Below, in pieces: positions 29,840 through 39,774 of a stretch of 64,000 nucleotides of DNA (its first letter is position 1; every line of letters begins with the position of its first letter). The translations under genes were made by a program, and so were the position numbers. The notes below the pieces were generated by a model, which had not been told where the DNA came from, made no database searches, and saw only the letters and a program-made list of their open reading frames with translations. Location: assembly GCA_965662895.1 (NCBI GenBank), contig CBFIJH010000011.1, positions 1 to 64,000 on the forward strand, in the 5' to 3' direction. This stretch comes from Candidatus Poseidoniaceae archaeon. GTDB lineage: Archaea; Thermoplasmatota; Poseidoniia; Poseidoniales; Poseidoniaceae.

Positions 29840-32800
29840 ATGTTTCTAAAAGCGTTGGAGATGGAAGATTTCAAATCATTTCGTGGCGAAGTCGTCATTC
29901 CTCTCGATCGTGGTTTTTCAGCAATTACTGGGCCAAACGGTTCAGGGAAGTCCAATTGTGGAGATGCCATTCAATTTGTTCTGGGGCCCAAATCAACGCG
30001 AACCATCCGTGCTCAGAACACAAAGCAACTCATTTTCAACGGTGCTGAAGGCTACAAACCTGCGCGTGGATGTGTTGTAACCCTCGTGTTTGGAAACCCC
30101 GTGTTGTCGAACGGTCGCCGAAGGCTTCCGATTGAGAACGATGAGGTTCGGATGACGAGAAAAATCCGTTTGACTGCTTCAGACAATGTTGTTTCAACAT
30201 ATTTACTCGATGGAGAAGAATCATCGCAAAAATCGTTTCATCGGCTCCTGAATGCTGCGAACGCTCGCCCAGATGGGTACAACATTGTTCTCCAAGGCGA
30301 CGTTACGGGTTTAGCACGAATGACACCGATTGAGCGTCGAAAGGTTCTCGATGGTGTCGCGGGTGTCACGTCCTACGATGACGAACTTCGAAAAGCAAAG
30401 AAACAGAAGGACAGTGTTGACTCTTATCTTGAACGGATTGGGATGCTCCAGGAGGAGCAGCAAGTACGCCTCAAGGAACTTGAGGAAGAACGGAAAGTCG
30501 CCATGAAGGCGCAATCCATTACGGACGAACTCACCACCTCACGTTCACAACGCTACCAGGCCATGTTTGCGAGTTTAGGAATGGAATTGGAGCATCAAAT
30601 TGCGGAACAATTACGCTTCGTTGAAGAGGCGACAGAACTTGAAGAGCAAGTCAAAAAGGGAAGCAAAAAATTGGTCGAACTTGATGACCGTATTGGAGAT
30701 ATACAGAAACAAATCGATGCCTTGCTTGGTGATGAAGGTGATGGCCTTTCAAAGGCAATTCATGATTTACGTGTCCAACTTGACCGCGATAAAGATCGAA
30801 TTGAAGATGCCATCCAAGCCAATGTTGAGGACGAGCAAGAACGTGGGCATGTCCTTGAGCGATATCAAGAGGCTGAAGCGGCTCTCGCAGCTCTTCTTGA
30901 GGAAGCAAAAACCAGTCAGAGTCAAATGGAAGAAGCAGAGAAAATGCTTGAGGCCGCTCAGGTCGAAGAAGAAAAAGTCCGAGCACTACTCGAAGGTTCT
31001 GGCAAGAATCATGCTGAACTCAATCGAGCATTAAGCGCTGCAATTGAACAACTTGAGAAAGCGAATCAAGCAGTCGCATCAGCACAATCGGATGTTGATC
31101 GGACTGCAGCGCAAGCAGAACTTATCGAGGCGAATCTTGCAAAAGCACAGGAGACCGCTGAAGAGTCTCGACTTGAACTTGAAGAAAAAGAGGCCGAACT
31201 CAAAGAATTAACAGGAGGTAAGAAAGTCGACCGTTCATCGCTTGCAAAGAACATTCTCGAAGCGGAGCGTGCTGAATCCCGTCTCCTCGAAGAAGCGGGC
31301 GCAGTCGAACGAAAGATGACGGAAACCGAAAGAAAACTACGTACAGCCCGAGCAGAATTGGAGAACAAATCGAATGCACGAGGCATGGCTGGTGGTGCAG
31401 CAGCAATTCTTGGTGCTCGAGATCGAGGCGAGCTGAAAGGCATTATTGGTACGATTGCTGAATTATGTGCTCCAATCGATGCCGAGCACGAAACTGCGTT
31501 AGCAACCGCATTCGGCGGTGCGATGACTTCGGTTGTCGTCGATTCTGACGAAGTTGCAGCCGAGGCAATACGGTGGCTTGCTCAAAGAAAGGCAGGACGT
31601 GCAACGTTTTTGCCACTGAATAAACTCTCGACCAGCAGAGCAGGCGGCAAAGCGATGATGGTTGCTCGCAAGCCAGGCGTTATCGGATTTGCTTACGAAT
31701 TACTCGAATACGACCCTCGAATCGATACCGCAATAAAATTCGCATTGCGCAACACGCTCATCGTCCAAAACATGGACATTGCCCGGCAAAACATGGGTGG
31801 TGTACGTCTTGTGACAATGCGTGGTGACGTTACAGAAGCTGGAGGCGCCATGGTCGGTGGTTCGAGGCTGAGAATGTCGGTCAGTTTTGGCGGTGGTATT
31901 GCCGGAGCCAAAGAGGTCGAACGATTGAGCTCGGAAATCGAGCGATTGCGCCTTATTTCAGATACGGTCTCTGCTGCATTAGCAGATGTCCGTAAAGAAC
32001 AACAAACATTGCGTCAGCAAATCAATGAACTTGCAAACGAAGAAGGTGCCTTACGCAGAGAAACTTTGCGTGCCGAGGTTTCAACATTCAAGAAAGCACA
32101 TTCGAAAAACATCGGCGTGGTTGAAACTCTGAAAGGAGATCTTCGTCGATTGGAAACATTGGCAAGTGCACAACTCGAATCGCTTGACGATGCTGAATCA
32201 AAAGTTGCCGATGCCGTTATTGTTCGAACAAATGCGCAGACCGCTCTCGAAGATGCCAGCCCTCAACATCTCAAAGATCGCTTGCATGAGTGTACGGTTC
32301 AACGAACCCAAGCAGAAGGTATTCGTTCCAATGCTGAGGTTTCTCTCCGCTCAATTTCGGAACGCAAGAATCTACTTACTTCGACGGTAGGTGGCGAAAA
32401 GGATCGCTTAAACCAAATTGATGTTGCTGTTTCACAACGGGCAGAGCAAGCCAATAAACTCAAGCAAAGTGTGACTGAAAACGAAGCAATTCTTGCGGAA
32501 AAGGAAGCAGAGCGTGCTCAATTCCTCGAGGAGAACAAAGGTCTTGAGGACGAACGAATTGAACTTGTTGAAGAACGCGTAAGCCTTAACTCGACAATTA
32601 CCCAAAAGGCAAATCAGGCTCGAAGTCATCGAAACCTGTCAACAGAACTCGAGCGAACGATTCAAGCGAAGCGCAAGGAACTTTACGATGTCGAAATGGA
32701 GATGGAGGCAATCGGAATTCAACCTGCTGAAGACGGAGTTGCACTTGATTCAGTTGCAGAAATCGATCGAAGAATTCGCCGTCTTGAACGACGTTTGGAG

Positions 32801-33709
32801 GACTTTGGAGCAGTCAACATGCGAGCGATTGAGCAATACGATGCTGTTGAGCAGCGTTTGGAGGAAATGGAGGGCGACTTCAAGAAATTACAAGATCGAA
32901 AGAAGCATCTGGTTGATGTCGCTGAACGACTTGAAGAACAACGAAAGGTTAGGTTGATTCATGTCCTTGAGAAGGTGAATGAGAACTTCAAAAAGGTCTA
33001 CAAATCTTTGAGTAACGGTGGCCGAGGTGAACTATACCTCGAAAACGAGGAAGAACCATTCAAGGGTGGCCTCGAGTTGTGGGCTCAACCAAAAGGTAAG
33101 TCGTCAAATGTTACTCGACATCAACTCTCTGGTGGTGAGCAATCCGTCGCTGCTCTTGCTCTGATTTTTGCAATTCAGGATTACGACCCAAGCCCATTTT
33201 ACTACTTTGACGAAGTCGACCAAAATCTCGACAGTGTAAACGCAGAGTGTATTGCAAAGATGTGTCGAGAGCGAAGTAAAGCGGCTCAATTCATCATGGT
33301 CACTCTTCGAAAGGTTTCCTTGCAACTTGCCGATCACCACATTGGAATTACACACGGTGGCGATGGATGCAGTCGTCGAATCATTGACTTCGATCAGGAA
33401 CAAGCAATCGCACTTGGTGAACAAGCACTCAAAGAAGCAGAATCAGCAGTTGCCAAGAATACTCAGCGGGCAAAGGAAGAACGAGAAACGCTTGCAGAGA
33501 TGCCTCGAGTACCGGATGCGCTCCCTGCACCGCAAAGCCTGGGCGGTCTGCTCAAGCATATGGACGATGACCAAAGTCTTGCTTCCCTCGCTGAGCGAAC
33601 CGCAGAAACCAATGAAGATATTGAAGAACGAGCATCGCTTGTTGAATCTATTTCTGAAATAGAGTCAAAAGAAGTCATGGCCGAAGAACAAGTGGAACTT
33701 GAAGATTGA
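29840..33709 (+). CDS. smc: chromosome segregation ATPase SMC
   Basis: GPNGSGKSN, VLQGD Q-loop, hinge GRATFLPL, LSGGE, FDEVD; long coiled coils. Confidence 0.97.
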   Translation: MFLKALEMEDFKSFRGEVVIPLDRGFSAITGPNGSGKSNCGDAIQFVLGPKSTRTIRAQNTKQLIFNGAEGYKPARGCVVTLVFGNPVLSNGRRRLPIENDEVRMTRKIRLTASDNVVSTYLLDGEESSQKSFHRLLNAANARPDGYNIVLQGDVTGLARMTPIERRKVLDGVAGVTSYDDELRKAKKQKDSVDSYLERIGMLQEEQQVRLKELEEERKVAMKAQSITDELTTSRSQRYQAMFASLGMELEHQIAEQLRFVEEATELEEQVKKGSKKLVELDDRIGDIQKQIDALLGDEGDGLSKAIHDLRVQLDRDKDRIEDAIQANVEDEQERGHVLERYQEAEAALAALLEEAKTSQSQMEEAEKMLEAAQVEEEKVRALLEGSGKNHAELNRALSAAIEQLEKANQAVASAQSDVDRTAAQAELIEANLAKAQETAEESRLELEEKEAELKELTGGKKVDRSSLAKNILEAERAESRLLEEAGAVERKMTETERKLRTARAELENKSNARGMAGGAAAILGARDRGELKGIIGTIAELCAPIDAEHETALATAFGGAMTSVVVDSDEVAAEAIRWLAQRKAGRATFLPLNKLSTSRAGGKAMMVARKPGVIGFAYELLEYDPRIDTAIKFALRNTLIVQNMDIARQNMGGVRLVTMRGDVTEAGGAMVGGSRLRMSVSFGGGIAGAKEVERLSSEIERLRLISDTVSAALADVRKEQQTLRQQINELANEEGALRRETLRAEVSTFKKAHSKNIGVVETLKGDLRRLETLASAQLESLDDAESKVADAVIVRTNAQTALEDASPQHLKDRLHECTVQRTQAEGIRSNAEVSLRSISERKNLLTSTVGGEKDRLNQIDVAVSQRAEQANKLKQSVTENEAILAEKEAERAQFLEENKGLEDERIELVEERVSLNSTITQKANQARSHRNLSTELERTIQAKRKELYDVEMEMEAIGIQPAEDGVALDSVAEIDRRIRRLERRLEDFGAVNMRAIEQYDAVEQRLEEMEGDFKKLQDRKKHLVDVAERLEEQRKVRLIHVLEKVNENFKKVYKSLSNGGRGELYLENEEEPFKGGLELWAQPKGKSSNVTRHQLSGGEQSVAALALIFAIQDYDPSPFYYFDEVDQNLDSVNAECIAKMCRERSKAAQFIMVTLRKVSLQLADHHIGITHGGDGCSRRIIDFDQEQAIALGEQALKEAESAVAKNTQRAKEERETLAEMPRVPDALPAPQSLGGLLKHMDDDQSLASLAERTAETNEDIEERASLVESISEIESKEVMAEEQVELED

Positions 33710-33719
33710 GGTGAGATGG

Positions 33720-34892
33720 ATGGTTCAGCAAGGGCTCGATCAGTGGTTTTTGCGGCAAGACGTAATCGACCAACTTCTGCAAAGCGGGGACGATGATCTT
33801 GAAGGAATCAACGCTTATGCGGACCGAATCTTGATGATTGCTCAAACCGAAGAAGCAGAGCATCAAACGCTCGAAGATCCGTTCGATCGGAGTGTTGCTC
33901 TGGTCCTCTCGTTGGTTAACAGTGAAGGTTTAGACGCATGGAACATCGATTTGACCTCCTTTTTACGGCAATTCATGAAACGGGTCAAGTCGCAAGCCAA
34001 TCGTTTGGATTTGCCTGCATGTGGACGCTTGATTCGGATGGCTTGGGAGGTTCTGCATTACCAAGCGGCTCATCTCTTTGATCGAATTCAATATCAAGAT
34101 GCAGACGATGATTGGGATGCAAGCCTGGATTTTGGATGGGAGGCTGAGTACGATGACCATGAATTCCATTTCACCAATACAATCCTGCAAGGGGATGCTG
34201 ACGAAGTTCTCGAGGATCTTTTTGATGAACGTGTTCGTCGTGATGAAGGACGTCCAGTGACGCTTGGTGAGTTGCTTTCCGCCCTCAAAGATGCAGCAGA
34301 AGATGCTGACGCCCTCAAACTGCGAGAAAAGAATCGAATCGCTCATGCGATTGAAGTTGAAGAAATGGTCTCAAATGTAGGGGGGCGTATGCACAATGAA
34401 GATCTCGATGGTGACATTGAGCGATGTTGGAACGCATTACGCGAAACAACCCAAAAGATGAGTGTCAACAATGTTCCTTTGAAATCTGTCATTCAATCCC
34501 TCGTACCGATACTCGAAGCAACCTTTGGGGTTGTTCCAGAAGGTTATGATGACGACGCTCGGGTGAGTTCCTTCATTGCTGGCTTGTTCTTGACACACAA
34601 GGGTATGGCTTCCATTACCCAAGGCAATGAACTTGATGATGTGATTATGATTGAGGATTTGTGGCCGCATCTCGCAACGTTTGAAGAGGTTCTTGAAGCG
34701 ACGTTGGAGGTAGAACGAGAAGCTCAGGTCGCTCGAGAGGATTCCAAAACAGGTTCAGTTTTGCACGCCGAGAGGCTCTTGGAGCGTGCAGAGAAGGCTC
34801 GCAAGGCTGAAGAAAAAGCCAAAATGAAGCTTGAAAAGGAACAACAGAAGGTTTCCGAAGAATTGGATGCCCATGAGTGGTTGGTAGAGTAG
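33720..34892 (+). CDS. scpA: segregation/condensation protein A (kleisin)
   Basis: LDAWNIDL..F, LDLPACGRLI..A, RPVTLGELL.AL, FIAGLFL; follows smc; GAGGTGA RBS. Confidence 0.85.
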   Translation: MVQQGLDQWFLRQDVIDQLLQSGDDDLEGINAYADRILMIAQTEEAEHQTLEDPFDRSVALVLSLVNSEGLDAWNIDLTSFLRQFMKRVKSQANRLDLPACGRLIRMAWEVLHYQAAHLFDRIQYQDADDDWDASLDFGWEAEYDDHEFHFTNTILQGDADEVLEDLFDERVRRDEGRPVTLGELLSALKDAAEDADALKLREKNRIAHAIEVEEMVSNVGGRMHNEDLDGDIERCWNALRETTQKMSVNNVPLKSVIQSLVPILEATFGVVPEGYDDDARVSSFIAGLFLTHKGMASITQGNELDDVIMIEDLWPHLATFEEVLEATLEVEREAQVAREDSKTGSVLHAERLLERAEKARKAEEKAKMKLEKEQQKVSEELDAHEWLVE

Positions 34893-34900
34893 GTGATGAA

Positions 34901-35497
34901 ATGTCTGAATTAGCCTTAGAAACACTTCTTGAAGCAACACTTTTTGGTTCTGGGAAGTCACTCTCTGTCAAAGATCTTTCAGAAGCCTTGGGTTATGAGG
35001 AGGATGAAGTCTCTGAAGCCCTTCTTTCACTCCAAGGTACGTTGAAACGTCGAAGAGGTGGCGCACTTCGTATTGTTGAGATTGGAGGCAAGTGGGCAAT
35101 GGAGGTTCATTCGGGTGTTGCTGAACACCTACCAAAAGAAACCAAGACTGAAATGCCCAAAAAATTGCTGAAAGCAGCGGCATTAATCGCCTACCATCAA
35201 CCAATGCCACAATCGAGGCTTGTCGAATTGCTCGGGCAGAAAGCCTACGATTACGTCCGTGAACTTTCTCAATATGGAATGATCATGCGACGCCGTGACG
35301 GAAATACGCGACGCTTGACGACCACCCGCCGATTCTCCGAAGCATTTGGATGCCCACACACCGACTTGCGTAAAGTTCGGAAATGGTTCAGGGAGCAAGT
35401 TACTGAAGCGGGATTGTTCGATGGAATGGAATCTGAGGCGTTGAAAGATGTTGGTGAGGATGGGCTTATACAGTCGACGTTACCACTTGAAGAGTGA
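34901..35497 (+). CDS. scpB: segregation/condensation protein B
   Basis: LEATLF, ALIAYHQP, TT..F...FG tandem winged-helix pattern. Confidence 0.9.
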   Translation: MSELALETLLEATLFGSGKSLSVKDLSEALGYEEDEVSEALLSLQGTLKRRRGGALRIVEIGGKWAMEVHSGVAEHLPKETKTEMPKKLLKAAALIAYHQPMPQSRLVELLGQKAYDYVRELSQYGMIMRRRDGNTRRLTTTRRFSEAFGCPHTDLRKVRKWFREQVTEAGLFDGMESEALKDVGEDGLIQSTLPLEE

Positions 35498-36793
35498 TTA
35501 TCTCCGCAAATCCTTGAGAATTTCTACGACTCTTGTCTGCGTTTTTGGTCCTTCTTCGGAGATCAGTAGTTGAGCAACCTGTTCGATTTCTTCTCCTGTA
35601 GCGCCTGCACTCACTGCCATGTTTTTCGCATGCAAGCGCATGTGTCCTTTTTGAATTCCACTCGTTGCTAGGGCGCGAAGCGCTCCAAGATTTTGTGCAA
35701 GTCCTGCTGCAGCCATGACGGATGCAAGCTCTTGTGCGGACTCAACACCCAGAATCTCCAAATTTGCACGTGCTACTGGATGGACTTTTGATGCACCTCC
35801 AACGATGCCGACAGCCATTGGAGTTTCGATGGTTCCAACTAAATTTCCCTCCGCATCTGATTCCCAGTTGGTCATCGAGCCATACTTTCCTTGGCTATAT
35901 GCAGCATACGCATGGCAACCCGCTTCGACAGCTCGCCAGTCTTGTCCACACGCTACTGCGACCGCAGAAATTCCGTTCATGACGCCCTTGTTGTGTGTTG
36001 CAGCACGATACGGGTCTGCCATGGCAAAGTGATGCGCCTCGAGTATTCTCTGAATAATTTCCTCTCCGTCGGCTCGATCGCCTGTATTGCTGATTTCTTC
36101 AGGAGTAAACGTACCCGATACCCGAGCGAGACGTTGTGTGGCTAAGTTCGAGAGGATTCTCAACAATGAACGCCCATGTGTGATTCTTTCAAGTTCTGGA
36201 GCGAGGAGTTCAGCCATTGTGTTCACTGCATTTGCACCCATTGCATCTCTGCAATCAACGTGAATATGAACGATCAGCATTGGCCCAGATAGTGTCTCTA
36301 TTGGGTGAGTTGTTATGTTCTTACATCCTCCTCCGAGGCGAATCATGGTGGAAGGTAAACTGTTTGCTAAGGCCATTAAGTCGTTTTTGTTTTCTTCGAT
36401 GGCCTGAACTGCTTCCGCATGGTTGGCGATGTCGAGAAGTTGAATCTGAGCAATCATGATTGGTTTGTCGTTGTTCGAGAAAAAGCCGCCGTGATTATGA
36501 CAACGTTTTGCCATGTTCGAGGCTGCAGCCACAACACTCGACTCTTCAAGGCAAAATGGGACGACGTAATGCTTTCCGTCAAGTATGAAGTTGGTTGCAA
36601 CTCCAACAGGAAGTGACATGGTTCCGATGACGTTTTCAATCATACGATCTGCAGCAGATTCCTCCAAATCGCCAGATGCAGCCAAGGCAGCAACCTGGTC
36701 ATCGTTGAGATTCGCAAGCCGGGCGATAGTTTCTCGACGTTGGTGAACATCGAGTTTGTAGAATCCTTTGAGACGGCTGTTGTCGACCGGCAT
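35498..36793 (-). CDS. hmgA: class II HMG-CoA reductase
   Basis: ENVIG, EESSVVAA, DAMGAN, RILSN, THNKG, GIQKGHM. Confidence 0.95.
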   Translation of the reverse strand: MPVDNSRLKGFYKLDVHQRRETIARLANLNDDQVAALAASGDLEESAADRMIENVIGTMSLPVGVATNFILDGKHYVVPFCLEESSVVAAASNMAKRCHNHGGFFSNNDKPIMIAQIQLLDIANHAEAVQAIEENKNDLMALANSLPSTMIRLGGGCKNITTHPIETLSGPMLIVHIHVDCRDAMGANAVNTMAELLAPELERITHGRSLLRILSNLATQRLARVSGTFTPEEISNTGDRADGEEIIQRILEAHHFAMADPYRAATHNKGVMNGISAVAVACGQDWRAVEAGCHAYAAYSQGKYGSMTNWESDAEGNLVGTIETPMAVGIVGGASKVHPVARANLEILGVESAQELASVMAAAGLAQNLGALRALATSGIQKGHMRLHAKNMAVSAGATGEEIEQVAQLLISEEGPKTQTRVVEILKDLRR

Positions 36794-36819
36794 ACGTTCT
36801 CCTCAAGTGTGGCTAGTTG

Positions 36820-36965
36820 GATTGGTTCCATGAACCAATCGGAAGAAACTAACGGGTTTAACGCTTCAATTAACGCGTTACATTTGCGTTAAACATCCGT
36901 TAATTTGATTGATGCCTGGTTTACGGTGTTTTGATTAACGTCTCATAACAGGTTTGTCAAACACC
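36820..36965. promoter_or_regulatory. cluster of inverted repeats in a divergent intergenic region (putative operator array, origin-like element or structured RNA)
   Basis: GATTGGTTC-CAT-GAACCAATC at 36820-36840; TAACG at 36850, 36859, 36871 and CGTTA at 36876, 36887, 36898; GGTGTTTTGA...TCAAACACC at 36925-36965. Confidence 0.6.
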
Positions 36966-37009
36966 TTTTGTTCGTGAAACATCATATACTTCCTCAAAGT
37001 TCTGCCCTT

Positions 37010-38725
37010 ATGCGTGGGGACACAGTTGATTTTGGTTTTCCTTCAATGAGTGAAGATCCCTTTTCCTCTAGTCCCCTCGATAAAGATGAATTTGATTTGC
37101 TGGTTGGACGGCACGCAATGTTTGAAGAGCTTGAGAGGAAGATATCGTTCAAATCTGCAGACAGAATTCTGATTGTGGGTGAGTTCGGATCCGGAAAAAC
37201 TTCCTTTATGCAGTGCTTAGGTGAGCGGACAAACCTGCATCTGAGCATCGATAGGATTGCATTTTCAGAACCCGGTGTTGAATTGCTCAAAGATATGTAT
37301 GCGCAATTGATCGACGGCTCGCCCCCTCACGATTATCAAAAATTGAGTCGAGATTTGCATCGTATGATTCACGACTCGAGACAAATGCTTCCACTGATTA
37401 CAATTGATGCTGACATGACAGATGTCTCTTCTTTGGAAGCATGCCTTCGTTCTTCACTGCACTTCTTTGAGCGCTTACCTGCACTGATTATTATCGCTAT
37501 CAACCCGCGGCAACAGTCCCTCCTATCTGAACAATTGTTGCAGCGGTTTGAGTTACGCACAATGCCGAGTTTGGATATTGATGGGATCAAGGCATTAGTC
37601 GAGCGAAGAATCGCTAAAGTATCTGCACAACCCTACAAAATGTCGACCGATGATGCAACAAAACTGCTTCAATTAAGCAAGACCGGTCAGCCTGGTGCAC
37701 TCATTAAGATTCTTCGAAACGTTGTTTCTGGGAATTATGACAAACAATCCTCCTCATTGCCCTTACAACCCGAACCATTCGAACCTGAGGTAGAACAATT
37801 TCAATCCCCTTTACCGTCGCTTGCCGAAGATGATATTGAATCAGATTTGGATGTTGAGATGGATGAAACCCTCGATGAGGTGAACCAAGTGCCATGGGAA
37901 GAAACACCTGGAATGACCGAGGCGACAGGTTTTGACCTAGATTTTGAGCTTCTTGATGAGCCTGTTGAAGAACCAGTTGAAACACAAGAAGAGCCATCGT
38001 TTGAATCGAATGAAGCAATGAGTGACGATGATTCCTATGTGACGCAGGACAGCCTACCGTTTGCAGGTGTTTTTGGTGGGCTGAGAGGTCGTGGAAAAAT
38101 CGTCAACAACGAACTGGATTCAACCCCTGAAGGTCAATTCAAGGCAACTGAAAAAGGGACGGCGTTCTGGTCGGCTGAAGAAGCGCTGGCAATTCCTGAT
38201 GTTGAGGTCGTCGAAGAAGATGAACCTCACATTGGAGAGGAATTTGAACCTGAAACTCAGAGGAGACTCGATCCTGAAGACTTGCAAGGACTGCAACCGC
38301 CAATCGATGCTTCAATTGATACAAACGCAGTTGAGACCTTGTCACATCTTTTGGCTCAAATTCTCCAGCCCACAAAACATGGTGTCACAGGAAGCCAAGA
38401 ACTCGTTGAACAACTCCGCGCACTATCAAGACCACGATTTACTCAAAAGGAAGAGCATACTCTGAGCATTGCTGTTTTGAGTTCCCTCACATCATCAGAA
38501 TCGGTTGTGGTTGCAGAAGCCAAAAACCGAAACATCTCACCTTCAGACAAGGCGCTACTGGGACAGTTGTCGATAAAACGATCACGCCTTTCCCAAATTT
38601 GCAATCGTCTGCACAAAGCAGGAATCCTTCATGCCCGCATGGTCGGTCGTTCGCGAATGTTTGGTCTGACAAGGAGCGCCCTCGCCCAGTTGATTGCATG
38701 GGGCATCATTGGAGGTGATGAATGA
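37010..38725 (+). CDS. P-loop AAA+ ATPase with long acidic linker and C-terminal winged-helix domain
   Basis: FGF..DPF, LVGR, Walker A GEFGSGKT, Walker B LITIDAD, LQRF; C-terminal RSRLSQICNRLHKAGIL..RMVGRSRMFGLT. Confidence 0.75.
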   Translation: MRGDTVDFGFPSMSEDPFSSSPLDKDEFDLLVGRHAMFEELERKISFKSADRILIVGEFGSGKTSFMQCLGERTNLHLSIDRIAFSEPGVELLKDMYAQLIDGSPPHDYQKLSRDLHRMIHDSRQMLPLITIDADMTDVSSLEACLRSSLHFFERLPALIIIAINPRQQSLLSEQLLQRFELRTMPSLDIDGIKALVERRIAKVSAQPYKMSTDDATKLLQLSKTGQPGALIKILRNVVSGNYDKQSSSLPLQPEPFEPEVEQFQSPLPSLAEDDIESDLDVEMDETLDEVNQVPWEETPGMTEATGFDLDFELLDEPVEEPVETQEEPSFESNEAMSDDDSYVTQDSLPFAGVFGGLRGRGKIVNNELDSTPEGQFKATEKGTAFWSAEEALAIPDVEVVEEDEPHIGEEFEPETQRRLDPEDLQGLQPPIDASIDTNAVETLSHLLAQILQPTKHGVTGSQELVEQLRALSRPRFTQKEEHTLSIAVLSSLTSSESVVVAEAKNRNISPSDKALLGQLSIKRSRLSQICNRLHKAGILHARMVGRSRMFGLTRSALAQLIAWGIIGGDE

Positions 38726-39774
38726 TGACATGGTCTGTGAGTTGGTCGTGGCAGTCACCCTCAAGAATCAGTGCAATAGAATCTGTAAGTGAACATTTTT
38801 GTGTGGCGTATGGGCTTGAACTGGCTCTCTTCAATGAATCAAATGAACTTCAATGGGAACGAAGTATGCCGTTCAAAGTTCATTCCATATGCAGCGCAGA
38901 TGGCCAAATCGGGGTGCTTGCTGCACATGCGTTCTATCTACTGAATACTGTTGATGGATCAATGGTCCATGAGGGCAGGTCAAGTCCAGGAGGATTTACG
39001 CATCTATTGAATCGTCCAGGTGGTGGATGGGTTTTGGCTGGCCGTGATGGTAATTTGCATCTTTTTGATGCGAGCGGAATTGGAATACGTCGCATTCAAT
39101 CCGGTAATGTACGTCGCTTGATTGGATGGCTGGACCGTGAGCACTTGCTTTGGCAAGATGCCAGTGGTGTCGTTTATTGTGGTCAAATTGCTCAACAAGA
39201 CAAACGAAGAGTCGTTGATTCCACGGTATGGAGTTGGGTTTCTCAACTTACTGATGGACGTATACTGTTGCAATCAGCAGACGGACAACTTTGGGATGGT
39301 ATTCCTCACCCGTATGGTTGGGATTCACTCGAACGAATTGAGATTGAATCGCTGGAACCGCTTGTTGCCACCCGGGTCGGAGACGGCTGGTGGGTTTTGG
39401 GTATTGAGGGGCATCTCGATCATATGAGTTCAGGCGGCGAAGATGCACGAATTGGTGAAGGAATGGATCTCGGTGATCTTTTGATTCGACTCGGGACAAA
39501 TTCGATGATAACCTGTCGTCGTGATGGACTGATTCGAAGATGGGTCGCACCCCATCTTGCTGAACAACAACGTCGTCACCGACAGAGAGAGGCTGCAGAT
39601 GCAAAACTTGCACGATCTTGGGACGAACGTCGCCAACTCTTCCAACGAGCCCTTGCTGCAGAAGACGAAGGACGATTGTCCAGAGCTGTTGAACTCTATG
39701 AGGCGTTGGGCAGAAAGGAGGATGTCCAGCGACTTCTTCGAAGGCAAAAAGGAGGTGATTCAACTGAATCCTAA
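38722..39774 (+). CDS. beta-propeller-like protein with C-terminal coiled-coil/TPR-like helices
   Basis: Repeated Trp-containing beta-blades (AGRDGNLHLFD, CRRDGLIRRW); ATGA overlap with the upstream gene. Confidence 0.6.
   Translation: MMTWSVSWSWQSPSRISAIESVSEHFCVAYGLELALFNESNELQWERSMPFKVHSICSADGQIGVLAAHAFYLLNTVDGSMVHEGRSSPGGFTHLLNRPGGGWVLAGRDGNLHLFDASGIGIRRIQSGNVRRLIGWLDREHLLWQDASGVVYCGQIAQQDKRRVVDSTVWSWVSQLTDGRILLQSADGQLWDGIPHPYGWDSLERIEIESLEPLVATRVGDGWWVLGIEGHLDHMSSGGEDARIGEGMDLGDLLIRLGTNSMITCRRDGLIRRWVAPHLAEQQRRHRQREAADAKLARSWDERRQLFQRALAAEDEGRLSRAVELYEALGRKEDVQRLLRRQKGGDSTES

Noticed and set aside
35498-36793. Bacterial-type class II HMG-CoA reductase as a novelty
   Set aside because: Class II enzymes are already known in Thermoplasmata and Archaeoglobi
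36840-36965. CRISPR array or canonical dif site
   Set aside because: The repeats are only 5-8 bp with no unique spacers, and I found no 11-6-11 TAA-N6-TTA arrangement. The region is kept as an unexplained symmetric array instead.
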